The notes under the pieces are model-generated. The model did not search any database, was not told the DNA's origin, and saw only the letters and a program-made list of their open reading frames with translations. Shown here in pieces: positions 16,921 to 29,020 of a stretch of 64,000 nt of DNA. Source of the DNA: the human T2T-CHM13v2.0 reference genome, Homo sapiens; the NCBI RefSeq assembly GCF_009914755.1, contig NC_060935.1; one strand, 5' to 3'. Each line of letters opens with the position of its first letter. Positions within the stretch are counted from its first letter, which is position 1. The translations under genes and the position numbers were made by a program.

Positions 16921-18259
16921 GTAAGTGTTTTAGTGACTTAGCAAGTTTTTCCTCTTATGGCATCAGTGTAGGTGCAATAAAAAATCTGCCTCTAACATCT
17001 GCGTATAATATATTTAGCTATTTAACTGAATAGCCCAATATTCATTTTATGAGTAGTTTTTAAAGCATGTTAAAATATGATACTACATCTGCCTGACTTC
17101 CCATTTTTAGGGCCAATAGTTGCTGACATTTATAAAGCACTTTTATCACAGAATTTCAAAACTCGTGACACATGCAGAAACTGTTATGAATACCATATGA
17201 GCTACCTCATCAACTGTGAAAAGACAGTGGCAGTTTTTTTAGGAAACAAGTTAAAGAATGCTTTTCTGGAAGTCAGAAAGACTTCTAAATAACTTCTAGA
17301 TTAAATTTGTCTAACTGTTTCAAGACTATCAGTGCTACCGTTCGATTGTTTAAAAACCCAATTCAAAGGAATTTAATAACAGTCAGGGTCCTCATGATCT
17401 TGGACCTATATCTCAAGATAAAACCTGTACTGTTGTACTTTGTATATAAAGGCTCCTTGGCCTGCAGGCCCCATTTCACAGATTGGGACTGAGGAGGGTG
17501 GAGGGCAGCCACGCCAGGGACACAAAAAATATGTGTATTTTAAAAAGAAAGAGTTCCTGTCCATGGGGGTAGGGTGGGGGTATTTTACCAAATTTAACTC
17601 TGAAGTATTCAGAGTGGTGGGTTTGTCCACTTTTTACTTTCTGAATTCCCACAGTGTTAAGCAAAGCAAAATTTCTTTATTCTGTAGATATGTAATGATG
17701 ATCTACTATGTGCCAAGCTCTATACTAGGCACTGGGGACATGGAACAAGTTAGCTGCAATCCCTTCCTTCGCGGAACCTAACATTTATTCTTGTGGTGTT
17801 CTTTTGTGTTTCTCTTCCGTAGACTTATCTAGTTAGTAGTGTTTTTATTACAGAGTTGCTTTCTCTAAACTAAAATTGAAATATATAAATGAATATTCTC
17901 AGATAGAAATTACTTAGTACTCTTTAATTATATGCTATAGTGTAAGGCTCTTTTCTGACCAAAAGAAAAAGATCATCGTAGTCATCATCAATCATTAATA
18001 TTTACTAAGTGTCCACTGGATGAGTGATACCCTCTCAGGTGCTGTCCTTAGAAATGACTCACCACCACCTACCTTGTCATAATGTCCCCATTGCAGACAG
18101 AAGAGTTGATGTTTCACTGTATATGTGGCTGTGTGGCCTTTAGAGTTTTTTGGACCACCACAGATTACAAATGCTTTAATGCAGAAGGGTTTCTTGTTAA
18201 AGTCCCCACATGCTATGAAGTTTGTGTATTAACTGACTGCTTTTCCTGTTGACTTGTAG

Positions 18260-18392
18260 CAGTGAAGTCCAAGCTAGCTGTGACTGCCAGCATCCATGTG
18301 TACAGCATCCAGAAAGCCATGCTAAAGGACAGTGGGCCTCTGTTCAATACTGACTATGACATCCTTAAAAGCAACTTGCAGAACTGCAGCAA
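18260..18392 (+). CDS. POLD3: POLD3 exon 5 (133 nt): AVKSKLAVTASIHVYSIQKAMLKDSGPLFNTDYDILKSNLQNCS(K)
   Basis: Acceptor gacttgtag|CAGTG (NAGNAG), donor AGCAA|gtaagc; phase 1 to phase 2. Confidence 0.95.
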
Positions 18393-19809
18393 GTAAGCGT
18401 CTTAATGTTCCTTGTGGGCTTCTTTACGAATTGATTTTGTAAGATGTTTACACAGTGGCTGCCTCTTAAGAGTGAATGCCAAGTCTAGTAAAACCCCATT
18501 TATCTTGCAGTAAGAAACATGCCTGGTTTTATTAGTACATCATAAGGTGAAAAATAGCAGCCACAACCCATATTGAAAACCCCAGTGGACTCTCCATAAA
18601 TCTATTTCTCATGTATTTATCCTGTCACTGCCACCAGAAATGTTTGTCGTGCCCTCTCTAACTCCCTTACCCAGTCTCTGCTTGTCTAAATCCTACCCAT
18701 CCTTCAAGAACCAGTTCAAACGTTGTCCTTAAAAAAACAGTTCCTAATTTGATATCCCTCTACTTTTCATCCAAAAGCAACTTTTTCTTGAGCTTCCATA
18801 GCCAGGATCAGGTTTTTTTTAAATCTTTTGTATCCTTAACAGCACAAGGAGGTAACGGACTATAATGCGTGTACATTTTGGAAATTGGTGGTCACAGGCT
18901 TGATTTGTGGCTTTGCTGCTTAGTAGCCCAGTGGCATTGGACAAATTACTTAAACTCTTTGAGCTTTGGTTTCTTTGCCTTTAAATTCAATGTAATAATG
19001 TCTCCTTTGTGGGGTTGTATTGATAATTCAGATCAGTTCCCCAGACATACATTGAGCACCTACTACTTTGACAGGTACTGAGCAAAATCATTTGAATTCA
19101 TTCAGCAAATAACTCATGAGTACCTATGACATACCATACAGTATAGAGTGAATGTGCCCGCGTACCTTTTCATGTAACTGATGGGAGACAGGCAGTTATG
19201 GTACAGTGTAAGAGTACTGTAATAGGAGGAATATTGGGGGAAGATGTTGGCAGGGGCATTTATCTCCCACTTTTGGATGGATAGAGTGAGGGGACAAGAC
19301 TGTTATGACTTATGACACAGAAGGTTATGATATCTCAGTTGAGGCCTGAAGGCCCAGTAGAAATAGCCAGGCAAAGGAAAAATGAGAGACTAAGGACAGA
19401 GCTAAGAGAGAAAACATGCTTGTGCAGAACCATGATCGTTTTCTATGGGTGCAACTTAGAGTGAAAGGTAGGAAATAATTAGATAGAAGACTAAAGAGGC
19501 CAAGCAGGAATTACATTATGCTTTGACTACTAGGATAAAAATTTAGACTCTATTCTGAGAGCGCTGGGGAGCCACTGAAAATATTTAAGCAGATGGAGTG
19601 AAATTATCAAAATTGCATTTTAGAAAGATTGCTCTGGTTGCAGTATTGAAGATAAATCAGAAGAGAATAATCTGGAGGCAAGGCCATCAGGGAGGAGAAA
19701 TGTGGCAGTAATCCAGGTGGATACGACAGTTTTCTAATGTGAAGTTGTGCTGTTGGGGATGGAGAAGTATGAAGGTTAATGAGTCATGACCATCAAAAAA
19801 CCTCAGTTT

Positions 19810-20219
<410 letters not shown>

Positions 20220-20489
20220 CTAAGAAGGGGAATATAACAGGAGGAGCAGGCTTTAGGAGAGATAGAAAAATGACAAATTGGGTTTTAGAGATGTTGAGTT
20301 TGAGAAGCTTGTGAGAAATCCAAGTGAGGATGTCCATCGCAAAAGATAGGTGAATCTAGAGCTAAGGAGAGAAATCTGGGGTAAAGATAGAGATTTTGAA
20401 ATCAGAATAGTAAATGGGCCATAGCAGTAGATAGAGTTATCAGAGAGAATGTATAGAATGAAAGAAGGGCAGAAAGTAAAACTCTAGGC

Positions 20490-20670
20490 CAAAGTACTAG
20501 TTGTCTGACCTTGGGCAAATTATTTAACCTCTCAGTGCCTCCCTGTTCTTGTCAGTAAAGCTGACAGTAGTACCAGCCAGATAGGGTTGTAGAGGATTAA
20601 ATGGACTATTATATGTTAAGCACTTAGAATAGCACTTGGCACATAGTAAGCACTATTTAATGATAGCTGC
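20490..20670 (+). mobile_element. MIR
   Basis: gaccttgggcaaattatttaacctctcagtgcctc core. Confidence 0.7.
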
Positions 20671-22781
20671 TTTTCAAGGGAAGAATAGAAAAAGAGGGGC
20701 CCAAGGGGAGCCACCAGAGATAAGAGTATATGGGGTTTCAGCCCCTAAGGAAAGAGGTTCAAGTAGGAGGAACCAGTCAACAATGTCAAACAATGCTGAG
20801 AAGCCAAGTAAGTTAGGAAGTGAAAATTGTCCATGACATTTAGTGATAGCCTTGGTAAGAGCATTTTCAGTGGAGTGACCAGATTCTGGTGAGCTAAGTA
20901 AATGGGGACAGAGGAAGTGAGACAGCAAATATGGACAGCTCTTTCCAGGAGATTAGACTGCAAAGCAGAAAAGAGGGTGGTAGCTAAGGAGGGATTGAGA
21001 CGGGAAGGATATATACATTTCTTAAGTTGAGAATGACTTGAACTTGGGTTGTTAGAAAGGTGCTGTAGGAAGAAAAGGTTGAAAATCCTGGGGAGGTGGT
21101 ATGACTGATAAAGATGGGTCCTCAAGGAGAGAAAGATATAGAATTGCCATAGTTTCTGTAAGTTCCATGAGAATAGGGATCGTGTCTAAATTGTTAACTA
21201 TATACCCAAAATAGTGCCTGGCACACTAATAAGTAGTTACTGAGTGAATTAATGATAGACATTAGTTCTTTTTTTTTCTTTAGCTCAAAACCTTGAGTAT
21301 AATAAGCATACAAATATTTATTAAATAAATATATGGCCAAAGAGGAATAATTTACAAGTCTCTTATCTTTTAGGGAAGGATTTCAAGAAAATATTAACAC
21401 CCTGATAAGTTTATTTGAAATATATTACTAGATTTCAAAAAATTTTAAAATCTAGTTGGGTATTCCAGGCTCTAAAAATCAGTTCCCTTGTTATATCTAG
21501 CAAGTAAGCAAACAAGAATAAAAGTGACGCAAAAGTTCAAAATGAAATCTGCCAGGGCCCACTAAAATAAACATGGCAAGTAGAAATGTGGTAATAGGAA
21601 GCACTTCAGTGAAACTTTACCTAAATACTTAAAGTATCCTCAGTAGAAAAGTGAATTTATCTCCAACAAATGAGTTTGTATTTAGTCCTGAGAATTATGG
21701 GCCAACTGAGATCTCACTTATGATTTCGTGTGTTTTAAGAAGTGCCGTGACATGAAGAGAGTTGAAATTTTAGGATTGAGCAGAGATCTCTTGTCATCAG
21801 ACATACTCCTAGCCTAACTCGGTCTCTTCCTCATTGCCAATTCCTGGTCCTGACCCTATGGTGTAGAATTCAGACCAGAGGAGAAAGAGTTGTTTCAAGG
21901 CCAACTTCAGACGTTGACAGTGAAATAAAACATTACTCTTTTCCTTGTATATGGAAGCACTGCAAGGTCAGAGAGGAAGAGCAGTGGGTGAAAGCAAATG
22001 ATTTCCGTCTGTTCTTAACTCTGATGCATAAAAGATGTGTGTAAATACAGAGTTTTCTGATGAAGACCATAATAAATCAGTGGAAGATTTTTGGAGCTTT
22101 TGACTCTAGCTTTGGGGCTGCCCAGTCTAAAGTTACTTCTGAGATGAAATGATGTATCAGGGATTTTTTTTTTTCATTAGGCCAGGTATTCTAGCAGTTA
22201 ATCTTGAAGTTGTGCCTGGTTGATCTTTTAAGATAATTGCCATCACCACATAGTTTAGAAATCTCCCACCCCAAGTTGAAGGTGATACACTAAAGAAGGG
22301 AGAGAAGCCAGAAGCCTCACTTTCATTCACTTAGTCATTCTTTCAACATGTCGTTTCCAGCACTTTTCTATGTGCCAGGTCTTGAGCTGGGTGCCTGAAA
22401 TAAAAAAGATAAATAAGACTTCAAGGAGGTCTTACATATGCTCAATAAGCAAGACTGGGAAAAATAAAATATTTTTCTTTGTTAGAAAAAGCTGGGGAAC
22501 TTTGCTTTAAGTACAATCCTTTGAGAAGGCTAAATCAATTACCCATTCACAATGTGGAATGTTACATTATGGATTTGTGTGAAACGGCACTTCTATAATG
22601 ATTAGAGAGAGATGTATGTTCCCTTTAATATGCCACACAAGCTGTTCCACCAATTTTCTTCTCTTGGCCTTGGGCATACTTACTTGTCCGGTGCTGTTAG
22701 TATTATTAGAAATTATTAACAAATGGCTGTAAAGGACTATAGGTTATAGGAGCCAGTGGCTCTGCTTCCAGCTTCTCCCAT

Positions 22782-23400
22782 TTTTTTTTGTTTTTCATTT
22801 TGAGACAGAGTATTGCTGTGTCGCCTAGGCTGGAGCGCAGTAGTGTGATCTTGGCTCACTGCAACCTCTGCCTCCTGGGTTCAAGCAATTCTCTTGCCTC
22901 AGCCTCCTGAGTAGCTGGGACTACAGGCGCGTGCCACCACGCCCAGCTAATTTTTGTATTTTCAGTAGAGACGGGGTTTCACCATGTTGGCCAGGCTGGT
23001 CTTGAACTCCTGACCTCATGATCCACCTGCCTTGGCCTCCCAAAGTGCTGGGATTACAGGCGTGAGCCACTGCACCTGGCCTCTTCTTTGTTTTAAAGCA
23101 TGATTTATTTATTTATTTTGAGACAGCATCTCACTCTGTTCCTAGGCTGGAGTTGAGTGATGAGCTCATGGCTCACTGCAGCCTTGACCTCCTGGATTCA
23201 GGTGATCCTCCTACCTCAGCCTCCTGAGTAATCAGGGCTATAGGCATGCGCCACTACACCCAACTAATTTTTGTATTTTTTGTAGAGACAAGGTTTCACC
23301 ATGTTGCCCAGGCCCATCTTAAATTCCTAGGCTTAAGCGATCCGCCCGCCTCAGGTTCCCAAACCGCTGGGATTACAAGCGTGAGCCAATGCGCCCAACC
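22782..23400 (-). mobile_element. AluS (22782-23081) and AluJ (23104-23400)
   Basis: Two tandem antisense Alus. Confidence 0.86.
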
Positions 23401-23921
23401 CTACAGCATGATTTACTCTGGCCAAGAGAGTTGCCAGGAAATTTGTTAATATTTAAAGCTTAGTTTTGATTCAGTCAATATTGCAAATCTAGCCCTATCA
23501 GAGGAAGGTCTTTAAAAACAAAGGCTATTTCATTTCCCAAGGATAATGAAATTACTGCATCTTTTATTATTGTTGGTTGCATTCCTACTCTTTTGAATTA
23601 GAATACTTTTATCAAAAAAAGCAAGAATATTCAATTAGTGGTAGAAGGCACCTAATTCCAATCCTATCTATTACTAACTAGATGTATAACCTAGTAAAAG
23701 TGACTCACTTCTCTCTAATATTTGTTTCTTTATGTAATAGAGAGTTTCATACATTTTTCTAAAGTCGATTCTAAACAATATTAGAGTTAAGTATTGTGTG
23801 GAAGAAGCAAGAGTTTGAAAATAAAGTTTTATACTGACATTAGTTTTTTTTTTCTTTTTTTGTTGAACCACCCAAGAATGCATATGCTGACATTAACTTA
23901 ATGTAACATTTCTGTCCCCAG

Positions 23922-24189
23922 ATTTAGTGCTATACAATGTGCAGCTGCCGTCCCTAGAGCTCCTGCTGAATCCTCTTCGTCTTCCAAAAAGTTTGAGCAG
24001 TCACATCTTCACATGTCAAGTGAGACACAAGCCAACAATGAGCTGACCACCAATGGTCATGGCCCACCTGCATCCAAGCAGGTTTCCCAGCAGCCCAAAG
24101 GAATTATGGGAATGTTTGCCTCCAAAGCTGCTGCTAAAACCCAAGAAACCAACAAGGAAACGAAAACAGAGGCTAAAGAAGTAACAAAT
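23922..24189 (+). CDS. POLD3: POLD3 exon 6 (268 nt): FSAIQCAAAVPRAPAESSSSSKKFEQ...KTEAKEVTN
   Basis: Acceptor tttctgtccccag|ATTT, donor AAT|gtaagt; overlaps ORF 24013..24204; phase 2 to phase 0. Confidence 0.96.
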
Positions 24190-25401
24190 GTAAGTCTTCT
24201 TTGAAGATACCCCTTCATTGCAGCTCAGAGTGGGTAACTAGAAAAGCATTAATGGTTGCAGTGGTAGTAGTTTATTTATATAAGATTCTGATATTCAGTT
24301 CTGATTTTTCTACTTTAGTTTGAACCCTTTAATACTTGATATTGTTATCTGAAAGAGTTCTTTTGCTTTTGATAATGATTCTCACCAAACCTTGGATTTC
24401 CTTTGCAAAATGGTAATGCCTACCTTGTGCACATTACAAGATTGTTGTGAAACCCAGATGAAAACATGTGAAAACACCTCGAGAATTGTTGACATTCAAA
24501 AAAATGTTTATTTGCAATATGTCTTTCTGAGGAACATCTTATATTCTGGGCTTTGCAACATATACCTTCCTTCCTAGTGTATTTCCCATTCTTATACTTT
24601 ATGCAGGTTTTTTTGTTTTGTTTTTGCCTTATTTGCTTCTCTTAGATTTTTATTGTTCAGTCATCTGAACTAACTCAAGGGCATTGACTTAAGAAAAGTA
24701 TCATTAAGATACTATTTTAAAAATCCAGAAAAGCATAATTATTGTTGTTACTATTATTATTATCACTGTCATTTTCCAGTGTCAAGTGTATTTAATTCAG
24801 ATCACTGTCATTTTCAAGCGTCTGTCTTGGGAAAGAAGAAGGATGGAGGAAAACACTAACGTTTATTGAATTTCAACTGTGTGCCAGTGTCTTTGTTTAA
24901 ATCCTCTTATCAGTTCTGTGAGGGAGATATTAACTATTTCCCTTTCGCATATGGTAAAACTGAAACCTAGACTTAAGTAATTTGCCTGGAGCCCATATTG
25001 CTACTAAATGGTGGGAACCAGGAATTCAGATCTACTTCTGATGATTAAAAATGTAATGTTTTAGGTTTTCCCGCTTTGTGTACATACTGCCTCTGATCTT
25101 TTTTAATTCTGTCAAATTAAATAGTTTTTAAATGTGCTCAAGAAAAGTTTAGCTATATCCATGGATAATTAATTTTATAAGATATATAAGAAACTAAGCT
25201 TTAGAGATTAACACCAGTTACTGTCTGGTGTGGATTATTGTTCTAGATTTGTTCTTATATCTAACACCTACGCGTTTTGGCATGATTATATAGAGACTAT
25301 ACCATCGCAACAGTTTGCTATAGAAGAGTTTGTTTGAGACTGCTACTTCATGAACAGCCTAAATGCCAGCAAAAAATCATATGTGTTTTCTGTGCTTGTA
25401 G

Positions 25402-25474
25402 GCATCTGCAGCAGGCAACAAGGCACCAGGGAAAGGGAATATGATGAGCAACTTTTTTGGAAAAGCTGCTATGA
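25402..25474 (+). CDS. POLD3: POLD3 exon 7 (73 nt): ASAAGNKAPGKGNMMSNFFGKAAM, contains the FF-type REV1-interacting (RIR) motif
   Basis: Acceptor ttctgtgcttgtag|GCA, donor ATGA|gtaagc; phase 0 to phase 1. Confidence 0.96.
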
Positions 25475-26522
25475 GTAAGCATGTTCTTACCTCACTTTGA
25501 CTAACGAATGAATGTTAATGTAATGACATATTATACCTGAAGTGAAAGCCACTTTGTCTAGTTTTTGCCAATCCAAGAGACTACCTGCATTCTAACAAAT
25601 TTCCAGTGTACTGCCCAATATATTGATGAAAGTAACTCAGCTAGAACTTTATGGGTGAGTTAGGCTCAGTTGAGATCTCTTTGAGAGCAGTTTATTATTC
25701 CTGGTTTAACTTCCTGCCTTGAAAAGATAATGAACTATTTGCTTCATAGGGCCCTTGAAAATGGGTGATTAAAATAAAAGGGAGGCTGCCTGGCTACGCA
25801 GTATAGTGTTGAGGTTAATAACGTGGATGCTAGAGTCAGTTTGCCTGGTGTGACCTTTATTTCTTCTATCTCTCAAGGGTCCACAAAAGCAAATATTTTG
25901 CCTTTCTTCAGTTATTTTTTGCAGATTACTCACAGTAATGAATTAGACTTCCAGTGTGAATTAGAAGGGCCCAAGTAGTAATGGACATTTAAAAATCTTT
26001 TTTGAGAAAGCAAAAATCTTCTTTATTTTTAAAAAGATACTTAAGTAAGAATTCTTTCGTATGGAAAGAACCAGTAGTCACATATTTTCATACTTCTCAT
26101 ATCAAGTGTACATCCCCTGAGAGTATGTGGTAGAATACCAGGAAGAATGCAGGAGCCACAGGATAATTATGGCACACTTTCTTGGAGCATCAGTTTTACA
26201 AAGATTTTTCAAGGAGGCATTTTGTTACATGCCTATGCAAGCAAAATTAGTTAGAATTCTGCCTTTCCATGATGGCTAAATTGGTGGTCACGGGAGGGAT
26301 TGAAGTGACTTTTTTTTTTTTTTCATATTCTGCTTATGTAAGGGTGACAGTTTTTGTGTTTGCTGTAAAAGCTATCAGAGAACGTTTTTGTGTTCTTGCA
26401 GCTCAGAATGGGTAACTAGAAAAGTGAATGGAAAATGTGATACTTAAAGGTTACTCGGAAGCATTATTGTATTACTGCAGGCACAGTTGGTGCACAGGGA
26501 ATGCTTCCTACTTCTGTTAAAA

Positions 26523-26878
26523 CAGGTCTCCAACCCACAGGCCACTGATGGGTAGCAGTCCGTGGCCTCTTGGGAACCGGGTGGCACAGGAGGTGAGCAG
26601 CAAATGAGCAAGCGTTATTATGCCTGAACTCCACCTCCTGTCAGATCAGTGGTGGCATTAGATTCTTATAGGATTGTGAACCCTATTGTGAACAGCACAT
26701 GTGAGGGATCTAGATTGCGGGCTCCTTATGAGAATCTAATGCCTGATCTGAGGTGGAACGGTTTCATCCTGAAACCACCGCCCCCGACCCCCCACCGCCG
26801 CCCACCACCACCCCTGTCTATGGAAAAATTGTCTTCCATGAAACTGGTCCCTGGTGCCAAAAAGGTTGGGGACTGCTG
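26523..26878 (+). mobile_element. MER1B (hAT-Charlie) with 8-bp TSD tgttaaaa / tgttaaag
   Basis: cagg..ccaacc...atggaaaaattgtcttccatgaaactggtccctggtgccaaaaaggttggggactgctg; ORF 26649..26903 is the typical MER1B pseudo-ORF. Confidence 0.9.
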
Positions 26879-27119
26879 TGTTAAAGCATCATGCTGTCAC
26901 TGACCTGCCTGGCTGTTATGGTTTTTTTTAAAAAAATCAAACCATACAGAAGTATGCTTATTTAAATCATGTGTTTAGTTAGCAAATAGATTGAGCACCT
27001 GCTATGTGCATGGCATTGTTATGCAGTGGTGATACAATAGAGGAAAAAGACAAACAAGGTCCCTGCCCTCAAGTCCTTATATTCTACTGAGAGAGATGGA
27101 CAAATAAATATGGAAAAAA

Positions 27120-27232
27120 AGCCAGGCATGGTGGTACGTGCCTGTAATCCCAGCTACTCGGGAGACCGAGGCAGGAGATTTGCTTGAGCCCATGAATTCA
27201 AATCCAGCCAAAAATGTAGAAGACCTCATTTC
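27120..27232 (+). mobile_element. FLAM_A-like Alu monomer (A tail displaced to 27747 by an L1 insertion)
   Basis: gccaggcatggtggtacgtgcctgtaatcccagctactcggga... Confidence 0.75.
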
Positions 27233-27234
27233 TT

Positions 27235-27731
27235 TTTATTTATTTATTTATTTATTTATTTTATTATTATTATTATACTTTAAGTTTTAGGGTACACGTG
27301 CACAATGTGCACGTTAGTTACATATGTATACATGTGCCATGCTGGTGTGCTGCACCCATTAACTCGTCATTTAGCACTAGGTATATCTCCTAAAGCTATC
27401 CCTCCCACCTCCCCCCACCCCACAACAGTCCCCAGAGTGTGATGTTCCCCTTCCTGTGTCCATGTGTTCTCATTGTTCAGTTCCCACCTATGAGTGAGAA
27501 TATGCGGTGTTTGGTTTTTTGTTCTTGCGATAGTTTACTGAGAATGATGATTTCCAATTTCATCCGTGTCCCTACAAAGGACATGAACTCATCATTTTTT
27601 ATGGCTGCATAGTATTCCATGGTGTATATGTGCCACATTTTCTTAATCCAGTCTATCATTGTTGGACATTTGGCTTGGTTCCAAGTCTTTGCTATTGTGA
27701 ATAGTGCCACAATAAACATACGTGTGCATGT
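27235..27731 (-). mobile_element. Young 5'-truncated L1PA (L1PA2-4-like) 3' end with 15-bp TSD
   Basis: ORF 27477..27719 is the L1 ORF2p C-terminus (MFIVALFTIAKTWNQ...SLIGGN). TSD aagacctcatttctt 27220-27234 / aagaccccatttctt 27732-27746. Carries GAG rather than ACA at the Ta-diagnostic site. Confidence 0.92.
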
Positions 27732-27891
27732 AAGACCCCATTTCTTAAAAAAATAAAGGGAAAGGAAAGAAAGAAAACATTTGAATAGTGGATGATTGTA
27801 ATTGCTAGGTAGGAGTAATAGGGTGTTATGATGGCATGTAACACGGTGAGGGGGAAAACCTGGATAAAATAAAATACTATTAAATATTAAT

Positions 27892-28066
27892 CTAAAAATT
27901 GCTTACAAAGTTAATTTATTTGACATTTCTTCAAGGCTGAATGTTCAGAGTAAAATTATGACTTTTTTATTGTATTCGACACATGACAAGATCATTACAA
28001 TGAAAATGAAGCTTGAGAATTGGATGAAGAGAGTTCACTGTGGGGACTTGAACCATTTAAAACTTA
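27892..28066 (+). mobile_element. hAT-Charlie/Buster transposase remnant
   Basis: Stop-free frame LKIAYKVNLFDISSRLNVQSKIMTFLLYSTHDKIITMKMKLENWMKRVHCGDLNHLKL resembles the Charlie/Buster motif LAYL-DIF--LN...DKI--FK-KL--W--RV. Confidence 0.5.
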
Positions 28067-28069
28067 ATA

Positions 28070-29020
28070 CTGGACAGTAACAAGTGTTGGCAAGGATGTG
28101 GAGAAATTGAACCCTTGTGCTCTGCTGTAGGGAATGTAAAATGATGTGTACTCACTTTGGAAAATGATGTGGCAGTACTTCTAAAAGTTAAACATAGAGT
28201 TTACCCAGCAGTTCCTCTCCTAGATATCTACACAAGGGAATTAAAACTGTATGTCCACACAAAAACTTGTACAAGATGTTCATAGCAGCATTCTTCATAA
28301 TAGCCAAAAATTGAAACAATCCAAAAGTCTGTCATCTGATGAATGGATAAACAAAGGTGGTATATCCAGACAATGAAATGTTATTCAGCTATAAAAAGTA
28401 ATGAAGTACAGATGGATATGTGATATGACATGGATGAACCTTGAAATATTAAGTGAAAGAAGCCAGATAGAAAAGATCATATATTATTTCATTTATATGA
28501 AACGTCCAGAATAGGCAGGTCTATAGAGACAGAAAGTAGGGGCCGGGTGTGGTGGTTCACGCCTGTAATCCCAGCACTTTGGGAGGCCGAGGCGGGCGGA
28601 TCACGAGGTCAGGAGATCGAGACCATCCTGGCTAACACGGTGAAACCCCATCTCTCCTAAAAAAATACAAAAAATTAGCTGGGCCTGTTGGTGGGCGCCT
28701 GTAGTCCCAGCTACTCAGGAGGCTGAGGCAGGAGAATGGCGTGAACCCAGGAGGCGGAGCTTGCAGTGAGCCGAGATCACGCCACCGCGCTCCAGCCTGG
28801 GCGACAGAGAAAGACTCTGTCTCAAAAAATATATAAATAAATAAATAAGTAAATAAAGGTTGTCAGGGGCTGGACTGGGGTTGAGGAGGAATGCTAATGG
28901 GTTCAGGGTTTCTTTCTGGGGTGATGAAAATGCTCTAAAATTGGACAGTGATGGTGGATATACAACTAAAACGCTGAATGTAAAGTGATGAATTTTATTG
29001 TATGTGAATTATATCTCAAT
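28070..29020 (+). mobile_element. L1MB-like 3' end interrupted by AluY (28541-28856, +)
   Basis: aacaagtgttggcaaggatgtggagaaatt...ggggtgatgaaaatgctctaaaattg...tgtatgtgaattatatctcaat. Confidence 0.82.

Noticed and set aside
17443-17520. TATATAAA followed by a GC-richer stretch in intron 4
   Set aside because: No CpG island, initiator or recognisable RNA gene follows; TATA-like 8-mers are common in AT-rich introns.
22058-22142. C/D-box snoRNA-like spacing (TGATGA...CTGA, ~85 nt) in intron 5
   Set aside because: Imperfect C box context, no convincing terminal stem, no rRNA/snRNA antisense element recognised, and far from the 3' splice site.
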